64,000 nucleotides of DNA from Tubiluchus corallicola. Lineage: Eukaryota > Animalia > Priapulida. The notes beneath the pieces were generated by a model. The model did not search any database. It was not told where the DNA came from and was given only the letters and a program-made list of their open reading frames with translations. The position numbers were made by a program, and so were the translations under genes. Shown piece by piece: positions 46,141 to 59,880 of the stretch (position 1 is the first letter of the stretch; every line of letters begins with the position of its first letter). The stretch is from assembly GCA_030141605.1 (NCBI GenBank), contig JAQGDQ010001057.1, positions 1 through 64,000 on the forward strand, in the 5' to 3' direction.

Positions 46141-47659
46141 AATTTGTAACTATGTCTATTGTATATGATAGTTGTCGTTCAATGTGTCTCATGCGTTGGA
46201 TTCTAAATTATATATATATAATATGTGAATAGGTATATATATGTAATATGTATATATGATATATGTGTAAATACATATATATATATATATATATATGTGA
46301 ATAGGTTTAATACTTTGTAAATGCTTTTAGAAATTTTAAACATATCCTTACAAGTAGAGGGAATGTATTCTGTACATAGTTCTTAAAATAAAGAATAGTA
46401 ATAATAAGAATAATAATAACAATAATAATAATAATAATAATAATAACAATAATAACAACAACAACAATAATAATAATAATAATAATAATAACTATGAATT
46501 TATAGTGTAATTATAACAATACGTTAAAAAGTTTCAATGTTCGTTGGTGTTATATAAGCCTCTAATACAAAGGAGATGTAAATTCTAAGGAATGGATAAT
46601 TTGGAACCTCCTCGTGACTCTTCTGGCCTCCTGTACTAACCACTGTTGTGTAACACTTATATAGCATCTATGTATAATGTTGCAAAGTTGCACCGCCTCG
46701 TATTCACAGCCGCAGCAACAGTCTTAAAGGTTTCGCAATAAACATTTTGTTTTAATGCTGAGACGTAATTAACGACTCTGCTTGGCTTCCCATAATGAGA
46801 GGCTATAAACTTGTTTTCATTTTCCCTCCGCAAGTGAGCGCAAATCGACTATTAACTGGGCTTCAGTAGTTCTTCATCAGGCAAAACTTATTAGTGGAAG
46901 TAAGTGTTGTTCACCTGCATCCGGTTTAATTACTGTGACGTCACAGGCGTAAAGGGAAGAACAGGTAACAGTAATATGTTGTGTTTATTTTACTGTTATA
47001 AGAAAGAAATTTGCAAAAGGTTGTCTGCAAAGTATAAATCTAAAATAAACTACCTCTGAATAGAAATTTTCAGGCGTGGCGGTTGCCGCCATTCGTTTGA
47101 AAATCGTGACGTAACTGCGAGACTTCGTGAAGTTCCGTAAGCGCATGCGCGCGGCTTAAACAAATTCAAACATGTGCAGCTTACCCAGCGTCCACGCAAA
47201 AATATTACAAAATTAGCTATCTAATTTTTTAAAAACTTATATATTTGATGAACATTGACAGTGCGGTACTTTTCTTCAAGACGAATGACGTCATTGGAAG
47301 AAGAATGGGCATTCAAAATAGGAGCGCCCAAGCATGAAGTGATCGCGACTTTAAAGTGATTTTACTAATTACACGAGGCGCATATTGCAGTTTTATTACT
47401 AAATCCTTCTAACATTTTTCGCGAACATTGAAATAATCCTAACTGCCTAGAAGGCTTGACCTTTCCTTTAATTTTTGTGACGTCACAGCCTGGGTGCTTA
47501 AAACTATAGTCACTGACGTGGGATTGAAATTTACGGGTCACTGCAGCGTCTCCGAGGTGCTGTAATTAATGCAGTAAAAATTAATGATGATGCACTTATA
47601 AACCAAGGTAGAAATGACATTGTTGAAAGCTTAACCAGCTGCTGTGCAAATTGGGATGG

Positions 47660-48510
47660 GGATGATGATGATGATCATGATGTTGAGGAGGAGGAGGAGG
47701 GAGGACGACGGCTATTATGACAATGATAGATATGATCATTATGATGGCAGTAATGATGATGATGAATTCTTGACGACACTGCTGTTGCAGATGATAATGG
47801 CGAAGATTGTGGCAAAGGTAACGGCAATAACAACAGGAATTATGTTGTTTAGGATGATGACAATAATAACGATGACGACGATGATGATAAGTATGATGAC
47901 GATGGTGATGACGACGACGATAATTATAATGATGATAACGATGGCGATGGCGATGGCGATGACGACGTCGTGGCAAAGGTAACGGCAATAACAATAGGAA
48001 TTATGTTGTTTATGATGATGACAATAATAATGATGACGACGATGATGATAAGTATGATGATAATGACGATGTCGATGGCGATTACGCCGACGATGATGAT
48101 GATAATGACGATGATGTTGATGATGATGATGGCGATGACGACGACGATAATGATAATAACAATGATAATGATGATGACGATGACAATGTTCACGATGACG
48201 ATGCAGACGATAATGATAATGACGACGATGATAATGAGTAGGAGCCAGCTGATGATGATGACGATGACGATGATGATGACGATGAGGATGATGATGATGA
48301 TGACGATGATGATGATGATGATGATGATAATCATAATGACGGCGATGATAATGAGTAGGAGCCAGCTGATGATGATGAAGAAGGAGATAATGATGGTATC
48401 AATAACAGTGATAATTATGGTGATAATGATCAAAATGACGAGGATAAGAAAGGTTATGTTAATGGCGATGACGGCGACGGGGGCAACGATGATGATGATG
48501 ATGATGCTCA
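47660..48510. repeat. (GAT/GAC/AAT)n trinucleotide tract
   Basis: Direct inspection. Confidence 0.93.
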
Positions 48511-48902
48511 CGACAGATACTGTCAAGAAAATCAAATCACCCTTATCAATATTACGTAGTGTGTCACGACTTCACTTGCTCTGGGTTTCCCCTGGGTTTT
48601 ATAGTCCTATAATGGATGCATTTAGTCATTAAAGTCGTAATGCAGTTTTTCCTAGTCATAAATCTGCCAGGAATCATTGCTGACATTTTTACACGTCATG
48701 CCTTTTAAGACCACAAGACAACACAACCCTTTCCCTTATAATGGCGTACCCTTGTAACATAAATAATTAATCCTTTTAAAGTTATTATTGTCTTTTTTAC
48801 GGTGTCTGTGAACAAATCGTGGCAACTACTCGGTATTTTGAGCTGTTGCAAAACTAGTGTAGCCATCATTTACATTCGTATATAGGTTAACAGTGTGTGA
48901 GG

Positions 48903-49449
48903 AACTACGGCCAAATCACGTTGAAAACACCGGTTCTCGTCCGATCACCGAAGTTAAGCAACGTAGAGCCTGGTTAGTACTTGGATTGGTGACTTCCTAG
49001 GAATACCAGGCGCTGTAGGCTTGCGGGATGCCCACACTGTATCTCCACACTAGGCGGAGGAGCTGCACAAGCAGCCAACGGCTAGAGGACGGAGGAGGTC
49101 AAGTGACTCAACGAACATGTGTAGAGGAGTAAACCTTCCAAATCAGGAGTGGAGCCCCGAAGGCGGACCAGTGCAGCATGCTCACTGACTCCGGCAGCTC
49201 CTGCAGCTAACCTGGTGCCAAACGTATCGCTCCGCTTTCCTTTGGACTACACCAGCAAGGAAGAGAGGGGGTTCCTGTTGTCTGGGCAACTCAGGATCAC
49301 CATACACCTTGCCCAGGCGTGCGTCCTGGAGACGTCCAAGGATCGCACTGCTCAGCCACAGTCGACGCTGCAGCTCCATCAGTGTGATCAATAACTGACT
49401 CTCTTGGCGCACAGTCCATTGTCTTCCGAGACAGAAGAATGCCAACAAG
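48903..49449 (+). mobile_element. 5S rRNA-derived SINE (SINE3-type), full length
   Basis: 48903-49022 is a near-complete 5S rRNA sequence with no oligo-T terminator, followed by a ~430-bp body; 11-bp TSD AGTGTGTGAGG (48892-48902, 49450-49460). Confidence 0.85.
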
Positions 49450-49994
49450 AGTGTGTGAGGCCTTTCTTGTGCAGAAACAATAAAAGCTTATTTGTATTAT
49501 GTTCATTATGTACAACCCTTTCACTATATGTTGTATATGAAACTATTGTAAATGTTGTAATGTGAAATAAATGACTTACGACTAGTACAGCTAAGGTTTT
49601 TCATGAACACTCTAGTTAGTTAGTTAGTCAGTCAGTTAGTCAGTCAATCCATCAGTGAGTTAGCAGCAAGGGAGTCAGGCTGTTAACCAGCGAGCCACCT
49701 GCTGTCTGTTGTTGGTTTGTAAGCAAGTTCACTTAGCAGGCAGTCCTTATAAAGTTGGCTGCTCGATTAATCTACCAACTAATCAACCAGTCAGCCAGCT
49801 AACCAAACAACAAACCGAAGATTTTACAGGATTACTGACAGATTAGGCTGCTCACTCAACAGCCACATTCACACTAAGGAACCACTCTCACATTCACACA
49901 TCCGTCGTCCTCAATCATGCAGTCGGTCACACATTCATTCATTCACTCACCTTTTTCTCGTTTGGACTGCTTAGACCTTAAGCTTAGTTAATAA

Positions 49995-50387
49995 TAGGGG
50001 TGAGCATTCTCTCTACCAGAAAGTGAATTCGAATCGAAACGAATTTTTGACTTTCGAATTCGAATCGAACTTCAGTATTTCGAATTCGAATTGAGATTGA
50101 AAGATTTTCAAACAAGTTTTCGAAATTCCAGTAAAAATTTGTCTTACAAAGATCGTGCATATTACTCGATTTTGTTCTGGAGTAAAACCACCAATAATTT
50201 GTTTAAAACTTGTGCACAGAAATCACAGCTAAATTATGCTAATTGCATGATGTTTCAATCGTTTTAGTGATTACGAACGTATGTGATTGAAGTGCTGAAT
50301 TATTCGAATCTATAGTTTCAGGTTCGAATCGAGTTTGAACTAAAAAACTCATTCGAATTCGATTCGAACGTTCGGTGCTCACCCCTA
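49995..50387. mobile_element. hAT-like MITE family 2 copy
   Basis: Same TIR and body as 12470-12865; TSD GTTAATAA/GTAAATAT. Confidence 0.85.
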
Positions 50388-50895
50388 GTAAATATTAAGG
50401 AGAGTTGACACCTAGATAAGATGTGGTAAGATAAGAATATTTATTTCACAATGTATAGGAGCCATAATATGTAAATATATACAAATTTGATCACGAAATT
50501 TTAATACAAATTATTTCGCAATGTGGAGGGCCAGGGGGAGGGGCGGAGGAGTAATCTATCAAGTCGTCCCCTAGAGCAATTATTAAACACTGATTTACGA
50601 AGTGAACAATTCATAATATAGACGAGATTTGAACGAGGATTTTCTACTAAACATAAACAATTCCTTCAATAAATAATAAAATCAATTAAATTAAGTTCGA
50701 AAAAATATAGCAAATAACTGTTATAGGCATTTAATAATAAATATTTTAAAACTAGATTGAATAGTTGTGAGCTTACCTTCTCATATAACACACGCATATG
50801 AACAGGTTTACTTATAATATAGAGTTGACGAAATAACGAATGTTTTGATGGAAATTGTGTTTCATAACTTTTTTAATTAGTTATTATTAAAGATA

Positions 50896-51480
<585 letters not shown>

Positions 51481-52009
51481 TTTTATTTCTGAAAATCAAA
51501 TTTCCAACACGAAAATTACAAACTCGACGCATACACGATGGTTTTATCAGCGGGCAGAACTCGGGTAATGATTTCCAGATCATACTAACAATTTGACTCA
51601 ACATAGCTGCACAAGGTATATACACAGATATACAAATTTAGTTGTAAACTCCATGAAGCGAAAAAACTATTTACTAAGCATTTGTACACATGTGATAAAC
51701 AAATATTTTACCTATATGATAATCACAGTGATGCGGTTATATGTCCGCTAACAAAGCTATACTATTTAATTCAAAAATCTATGCATACAGTCGTAAATGA
51801 AATTTCCAATTGACATTAATTACCCGTCAAATAAATTTACAATTTGAACTGATGAACTTGTGAAATTTTTTAAACTGATGATGATTAGCTCTTTAATATT
51901 GCCTGGTGTTAGTGAAACTACATTTATCTAATTCTTTGAAACGTCTATATTCGTTCACTGGCTGATACACAATACCTAAAAAATGCAAAAACCGAAATTT
52001 TTTAAGTGT

Positions 52010-52200
52010 ATCGCATGTTCGCTCAGCTATGGTGTCACGTGACTCTAAACTTTTTCACGCCGCTGTCGATCCGACGCAGCACGGTATGTCACGTGACGCG
52101 CATTTGTCAGGTTAGCGCCAGCTCACACGGAATACCACCAGATTGTCTGCTAGAGACGTGAACGAAGCCTAGAGCGTTGAACCGAGTTATTATTGTAATA
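52010..52200 (+). promoter_or_regulatory. Candidate promoter with two GTCACGTGAC (CLEAR/E-box) palindromes
   Basis: GTCACGTGAC at 52034-52043 and 52088-52097 in a locally CpG-rich stretch; strong donor AAAT|GTAAGT at 52476. Confidence 0.45.
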
Positions 52201-52793
52201 GACTTGATCTTTGCAGCCAGATTTCCTGTCTGTTGTGCTTAGGAAATTGTTATTGTGATGGTTATTCACGTGATGGTTGCTTAATGTCAGAATGCCTGCA
52301 TGGAAGTGATTGAATGTGCGATTGCAATAATGTTTATCACGTTTGGAAAGTTGAGTGAATTTTGGTGAACTTTGAGTCGCAGGATTATATGGATAACGTC
52401 GTTTAGTGATTCACAGGAGACTTCCAGGATGTTTTTCGTTCGAGTTTTTCCATCACACAATCGGAAACGGAAAATGTAAGTGTGAATTTAGAAACTTAAT
52501 GTTCTGAATGATAGTTAATTCGTGTCAATCTGCGCGCGTGATATCGACTGCATTCTCTAGCACGAGAGGTTCTGAGACTTCCAGATCAGATTTCACCCCT
52601 AAGAAGCTTTGATTTCTTTATTCCTTTCTCATCTGGATTGTCATTTTGTCAGTTGCTATGATTTTAGCATTATAGTAATTTTTAAAGGCATTTGTCAAAC
52701 TTTTTTATTACATAAAAATGAAAAAAAGAACTTTGGTTCATTGTTTATTAAATTTTTCCGTTTCCTTTTATAAATATACGTACGGTACCATAT

Positions 52794-52830
52794 GGTAGTA
52801 GTAGGTAGTAGTAGTAGAAGAAGAAGAAGA

Positions 52831-52910
<80 letters not shown>

Positions 52911-53023
52911 CAGTGGCAGTGGCAGTGGCAGTGGCAGTGGCAGTGGCAGTGGCAGTGGCAGTGGCAGTGGCAGTGGCAGTGGCAGTGGCAGTGGCAGTGG
53001 CAGTGGCAGTGGCAGTGGCAGTG

Positions 53024-53075
<52 letters not shown>

Positions 53076-53112
53076 CAGTAGCAGTAGCAGTAGCAGTAGC
53101 AGTAGCAGTAGC

Positions 53113-53156
<44 letters not shown>

Positions 53157-53270
53157 CAGTAGTAGTAATAGTAGCAGTAGTAGTAGCAGCAGCAGCAACA
53201 ACAGTAGCAGCAGCAGTAACAGCAGCCGTAGCACCAGCGGTAGTAGCAGCAGCAGTAGCAGCAGCAGCAG

Positions 53271-53310
<40 letters not shown>

Positions 53311-53528
53311 AGCCGCAGCAGTAACAGCAGTAGTAGTAGTTGTAGTAGTAGCAGTAGCAGTAACAGTAAGAGCAGCAGAAGCAGTAGCAGTAGTAACAGC
53401 AGCAGTAGTAACAGCAGCAGTAGTAGCAGCAGCAGTAGTAACAGCAGCAGTAGTAACAGCAGCAGTAGTAACAGTAAGAGCAGCAGTAGCAGTAGCAGTA
53501 ACAGCAGCAGTAGCAGCAGTAGTAGTAG
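52794..53528. repeat. Compound (AGT)/(GGCAGT)/(AGC) microsatellite
   Basis: Direct inspection. Confidence 0.96.
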
Positions 53529-55233
53529 TTTCTGTCGCTTCGTGTATCCTATCACAGTTAATTTTGCCATCGTAGTGAATGTGATTTAAAGTAGACTAAA
53601 TCATAGCTCATGTATAACACGTTATTTAACCAAAGAGCTGCAAGAGTTAAGAATTAACGCTATTAGTTTGCGAAGCAGCTCATAATCCCCGCTTCGGGAC
53701 ATGGTGCAAACATTGATTGGAAAGTCATAGATATGTAAAAGAACCCGTGTAGTGCGCGTTGGTAAAAATACTACTTGCCATTATTGAGTATGACGTCACG
53801 GCTTTCGTGGTCCAGTGCACAAGTTTCCAAAGTGCGAGCGTGCACCACTGATTGGCCAAAAACACATTAAATAATGATTATTGACAATATGGAGTATTTT
53901 AAACTTTTGCTTAGGTAGTGAAGAGGGCGCTACGAATGCTGTGATTGCTTTTTCGAACTTTACGCAGTTTTTTCTAAACTTGTTTCAAATGACGTATCGT
54001 TAAAATGGCTGCTCCTAATGGTAATCGTGGGACTTTAAATTTTATACAGCGTTACTGCTAACCCAAGATCTATATGCAATGAGACAGCATGTAGGTGACA
54101 CAAAATTTCAAGACAGATTTTTAAGCTTTATTTACGAAGCGCGTTTTTTTGTATTTAAATAAGGTTTTGAAAGTTTGATGAAACTGTTATAACTCAAGAA
54201 TTGCGTGCTAATCCTAAACCTACTAAAATTTAAAACTCAGATCAGGTCAACCATCCAGTGACATTCTCTTCAAATTGTTGCAGAACTACGTAAAGTGTAC
54301 TAAACGTTTTGCTAACTGATTGTACGTGTAATTGTATGATTAATTGTAACTTGAATTATTTTGAATTTTGGTAATTCGAATTAAGTATCAGTTATCGATC
54401 AATCACACTTTTGTATAAATACTAGGATGATGTACATTGATAATTGTTTTTGGTATCGCTTCTGTACTCTGTGAGTTTTGTATATTTCAATTTTAAGTGT
54501 TAACTAATGAATTACTCGTGTTTTTGAACTAACTATGTATGTAACTGTATTCTTGATAACCAGTTGTATATATATTTGTTCTCAACTAAAGTGTATTTTG
54601 TTGCACAGTGGAAAAACTCCATTCCATTACTGTATGTTAATTCACTTAAAGGAAGACAGGATGATTTTTCATATACTATCCCACCTTCAAGTACTGTAAA
54701 AAGTACATGTATTAACACCAATAATGCAGGAAAAGCATTTCTGATAGTTAAAATCCTAATTAACAGCGTGCGAGTCCAACTCTTGATGACATCACAAACT
54801 AACATAATTTTCAAAAGCAAAGATATTCCATGAGCGTTTTGCACGTGTTTGCGGAAGCGAAAATTGAAGTACAGTGCTACTGTAGGAGATTCAGTGTGTT
54901 TTACTAAAACTGGACAAATTTTCAGATAAAAATTCAAATTTCACATTTACCGCTGTGCTCGCGCGTGAGCTGTCAAACGTGTGCAGTTCGTCACAAACTA
55001 ACACATCTGAACTGAAAGGCACAGCACATATTTTTGTGCAATGCACCAAGAATACAGGCGATAGCGCCTGTCTAACTAGCGAATAGTGAAATGCAAGTAA
55101 CAGCGAAGAACTAGTGGCGTGAACGTGAAATTGTGTTTGGGTGGTAATAATTCTTTCACGTAAGTCATTTTTGGAAAAAATAGTGTGTTACCTTTCAATA
55201 ATTTATAGTAGATTATTTTGACTTACAGTTTAA

Positions 55234-55692
55234 CCCTTTCAGTCCCAAATTATTTTTTAATAAGAAAAAAGTTTTTGGCTTTGTACTTTTATTCAGTATG
55301 TCCATCTTGTTTACACGTAATAATTATTTTTTTCTACCTGTGCCCGCATGCTAAATATAGTCTGTATCCCACGGGATACATTGGGATTCAATGGAAGCAT
55401 AAAATATCCTTCATTTTGCAACTGCTGATAATTTTTTAAAGTATTTAAGACATTTAGTATGTACGCTATGCCGATCTGTACAAAGTCGTCTCTAAAGTAC
55501 TGTACCTTGCACAGTTTTTTATGCTATGTAGATTTTCTAGTTTACCATTTTATCACCATTTTTAGTCTATTGTTATTGGCTTAAATCAAAATAACTATTA
55601 ACAGATCAAATAACTGTCAGTTTTAAAATTTTATTAATTTTAAAAGCAGAAAATATTCTCGTATCCCACAGGATACAACGGGTATGAAAGGG
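55234..55692. mobile_element. piggyBac-like MITE copy
   Basis: TTAA TSD, CCCTTTCA termini, body matches 24097-24553. Confidence 0.88.
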
Positions 55693-57161
55693 TTAAGATT
55701 GGTTCCGGTTTGCTTTAAAAATAAATAAAGTTTACATATAAACTGTTATAATGCATTTCAGTTATTCAGAACGAATCGCTTCGGCCTGCCTTATTTACGG
55801 TAAATATCTAAACTCAATTTGGAAAATTTTTGACTGTTTTTACTGCCGTTCAGGAAGTTTGTTTAAAAACGTCGGTTTGTTTAGAACGTTAAGCAACAAA
55901 CAAGAGTTTGACTAACCCGAAAAGCACCGCAGCAGATGTTTGAGACATGCTTGGAGTGCTGCCTAAAACGTCTTGAGAACTTGAGAACACGGCTGCTGTT
56001 AATTGACTTGTTAAAAATTAATTATCTGCAACTTGGCATTTCGTACAGTCAACGGATGTGAAACGTGAGAAAGTCGAAATTTGCAATTTTTTTTGTGAAA
56101 TCTTACGTAAGTTCCTTGAGTGTTTGTCTTTTTAAGACGAAATAAAGATCGAACGTCTTGATTATGTACGAGGTCTTTCACAGTTTCAGTGATTGATCAT
56201 GATCGTGAAAAGGTCAAAGGTTAAGTGTACCAGACAGCACATTTGTGTACGCTTGACAACACCTCGCAACTCATGCTGTTGTAATAGTAACAGTTTTAAC
56301 AGCTAGCTAGAACCTTACCTAGCTTATTTTTTGTTCCCAAGCAAGATCCTGTTAGTAAATCACTCTATACACAGACAAATGCTTAATTAAGTCCCTGTGC
56401 AACAATTGAAGTTACCAAACTGATGCAGCAGACGACTTTGCTCAGTTTATCCTGCTAGCAAATCACTTTATGCAAAGACAAATGCATAATTAAGCAAAGT
56501 CCATGTAAAACAACTGACATTACTGAACTGATGTGGCAGACGGCTTTGGCTTACCCACACGTCACGTGGCGGTTGTACCTGAGACGAGTTGCTGTGGTAC
56601 ACTTAACGCAAAGGAACCTCTAGGAAGCCTAAACAATTTTCTTCTTTTTTCTCGTGCGGGACGAATTTTTAAGAATTTATAAAAATGAAATTTAAAGTGA
56701 CCACGTACATAGCCTTCCCACTGAAAGCATTCCACTGTACTCCACCGAGATTCATGCACATGAACACGTGACTGCGCGGCATCCTATTATCCACCTACGT
56801 ACAAGATTCAGACAAAGAGATTCTGCCATACAACACGCATATCATCCAATTCTCAGCGGAATTGCACTGCTAGCGATATCAGATTCTTATAAATTCCCCA
56901 TGTATCACATTCGTTTGATAGTTATGCACGTGGAATATGGGTCGCTCCAGTCTGTAATTATAGGCCTTTGTGGAAGAATAAAACATCTGTAGAATGAGTG
57001 GTGATACTATCGGAAAGAAAGCAGCTGAATTATTGACAATATCGTTTGGACATTCTTAGATGTAGAATATCTGTTTTCCCTCGGGCCGCTTATCTGGGCA
57101 ATTCATTAGTAGGAAACGGCTAAAGTTTAGAATTCCCCTAAGAGATTAGTTCGTGAAGCGG

Positions 57162-57662
57162 ATTAGGATTAGGGTTAGGATTCGGGTTGGGGTTAGGGTT
57201 TGTGTTAGGGATAGTGTTAGGATTAAGGTTATGGTTTGTGTTAGGGTTAGGGTTAGGATTGGGTTAAAGTTAGGATTACGAATATTTTAAGGTTTGGGTT
57301 AAGGTTACTTTTAGGGTTAGGATTGGGGTATGGTTAGGATTAGGATTAGGATTAGGGTTTGGGTTAAGGTTGAAGTTAGGGTTAGGGCTGAAGTTAGTTT
57401 TAAGGTTGAAGTTAGGGTTAAGGTTACTTTTTGGTTAGGATTGGGGTATGGTTAGGATTAGGATTAGGGTTTGGGTTAAGGTTACTTTTTGGTTAGGATT
57501 GGGGTATGGTTAGGATTAGGATTAGGGTTTGGGTTAAGGTTGCTTTTTGGGTTAGGATTGGGTATGGTTAGGATTAGGATTAAGGTTTGGGTTAAGGTTG
57601 AAGTTAGGGTTAGGGCTGAAGTTAATTTTAAGGTTGAAGTTAGGGTTAAGGTTACTTTTTGG
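57162..57662. repeat. Degenerate telomere-like (TTAGGG/TTAGGA) interstitial repeat
   Basis: GGTTAGGGTTAGGATTAGG variants with an internal higher-order duplication. Confidence 0.85.
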
Positions 57663-57710
57663 GTTTTTGTCGAAGTTTAACCGTGACAATTACAGACGCA
57701 GCATTAGCTA

Positions 57711-57949
57711 CTGGTTGGCATCCTTCTGCCTCGGAAGACAATGGAGTGTGCGCCAAGAGAGTCAATTATTGATCATGGAGCTGCAGCGTCGACTGTGGCT
57801 GAGCAGTCCGATCCTTGAACGGCTCCAGGGCGCACGCCTGGGCAAGGTGTATGGAGATCCTGAGTTGTCCAGACAACAGGAACCCCCTCTCTTCCTCCCT
57901 GGTGTAGTCCAAAGGAAAGCCGGTGTTTTCAACGTGATTTGGCCGTAGT
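57711..57949 (-). mobile_element. Internally deleted copy of the 5S-derived SINE
   Basis: First ~30 nt of the 5S head joined to the 3' ~210 nt of the body; 12-bp TSD CAGCATTAGCTA (57699-57710, 57950-57961). Confidence 0.85.
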
Positions 57950-58721
57950 CAGCATTAGCTAACTATTGTACTATTAGATGGAAAAGAAAGCACAGGTTTT
58001 GGGGAGACGTTTTGCAGGGGAGAAAACAATGTGGCAGGTAGCATCAGTCAGTGAAAGAACTGCAGTTAGATGCAAAACACTCAACTACATGCTTCTTCCA
58101 ATAGAAAAAATCTTGTTTGTAGGTACTAAAGTGATCAAAACTCAGTTAATTAGAATTTTCTGAAAGCCAAATAGCAAAAATTGTCACAGGAAACTTGAAA
58201 ACTCGCTATAATCACCTAGGGAACGCTGGCTTCCCGTCTGCGCATTGTTGCGTAATGCGTATTCGGCTGTTAATGATCACGTTCCAATGAATACGGATCG
58301 CGCATCACGCATTACGCACACGTGGAAACACTTTTACATGTTAAAATACAAACTGTTATATACGCATTACGAATCACGCATCACGCATTACGTACACATG
58401 GAAGCACTTCTACATGTTAAAATACAACCTGTTGTACACGCATTATGGATCACGCATCGCGCGTTACGTACAAATGAAGCCGTACCTTTACGCTGTTAGC
58501 TGCAGATATGAGTGGGTGGAATGCTCTAATAAATAGTAATGCCTCATTGTCCAGAATAGATGAAATGACACCCTGAAGGAAAACTCTAGTTTCAAGTAAT
58601 GTAATTTGTCCCAAGTCTTTGGGGCAACCATTTCGTGTCACTGATGCAAAGCAAAGACGTCATTTATCACATCTCTGGTGCAACCAGATATTGGTAGCTT
58701 GTACCGCCAAGGAACGGAACC

Positions 58722-59010
58722 AGCAATATGGGTAATCTGATTTATAAGTTAGCGTCCCAAGCAATGAAATCGGCAATATGGGTAATCTTATATATAAGTT
58801 AACGTCCCAAGCAATGATATCAGCAATACGGGTAATCTTATTTATAAGTTAACGTCCCAGGCAATGAAATCAGCAATATGGGCAATCTCATTCATAAGTT
58901 AACGTCCCAAGCAATGAAATCGGCAATATGGGTAATCTTATTTATAAGTTAACGTCTCAAGCAATGAAATCGGCAATACGGGTAATCTGATTTGTATGTC
59001 AACGTCCTTC
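58722..59010. repeat. 50-bp tandem repeat (~5.5 copies)
   Basis: CAGCAATATGGGTAATCTTATTTATAAGTTAACGTCCCAAGCAATGAAAT. Confidence 0.9.
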
Positions 59011-59479
59011 ATTGTGTAAACCGTTTAATTTTTGTCCAACTCAAACGCGTCCTGTTCACGTTACACAAAGGTTTCTCCGATGGCTTCACAGACGTCCTCG
59101 AGCTGCTACAGGGCACTTTGTGCTTATCATGTTTATTAAATATACAGTTCATTAGTCAGGCGGTAATTTCCCCATTCTGGAGTGCCAACTTCGCTAATGG
59201 CTTCATAATTTACTCGTTTATCAGGTTTCTGCGCCTGGTGTAGAAGCCAACGCAACACTACTGCTACTATTGTTCCGTAGATACAGTTGCCTTAACCTGA
59301 CAATTATAGCCTTAGTCCCAATTATTATGATGATCGAAGTAATGAGATTTCAACAAATAGATTCATTGTCAATTTTTCACAGTTAAAAGGCGATTTGTTT
59401 TTCAGGAATATTATCGATAATCCTTCATCTAGCTGCAACAATTCGACTGAGAACCCCCCCCCCCCCGCCATTATTTTTC

Positions 59480-59880
59480 GACTTCTCAAACTGTGACATA
59501 CACAGAACACTATTACTGGATCAGTTCTGTGGTCAGACCCTAGAAATGCAAATAGGGACATTTTGTTTTGCCAAAAATTTGGGCGTTAACGAAGTTGTCA
59601 TTATAAATAATTGCATATTTTTTGACTTCTCAAACTGTGACATACACAGAACACTATTACTGGATCAGTTCTGTGGTCAGACCCTAGAAATGCAAATAGG
59701 GACATTTTGTTTTGCCAAAAATTTGGGCGTTAACGAAGTTGTCATTATAACAAATTGCATATTTTTTGACTTCTCAAACTGTGACATACACAGAACACTA
59801 TTACTGGATCAGTTCTGTGGTCAGACCCTAGAAATGTAAATAGAGACATTTTATTTTGCCAAAAATTTGGGCGTTAGCGA
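59480..59880. repeat. 144-bp tandem repeat (~3 copies)
   Basis: GACTTCTCAAACTGTGACATACACAGAACAC... repeated three times. Confidence 0.9.

Noticed and set aside
48903-49022. Functional 5S rRNA gene
   Set aside because: No oligo-T terminator, several substitutions, solitary, continuous with a body shared by a second copy, and bounded by a TSD; it is a SINE head.
52695-53589. Poly-Ser/Leu/Val-Ala ORFs of 220-291 aa
   Set aside because: Compound microsatellite open in several frames; the same applies to ORFs at 40843-41464, 44062-44546, 47596-48632, 50873-51625 and 63215-63859.
57162-57662. True chromosome end
   Set aside because: The repeats are degenerate and flanked by ordinary sequence on both sides.
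59136-59292. Possible minus-strand terminal exon (NCIYGTIVAVVLRWLLHQAQKPDKRVNYEAI...LYI*)
   Set aside because: The acceptor lacks a pyrimidine tract and there is no recognisable homology; too weak to call.
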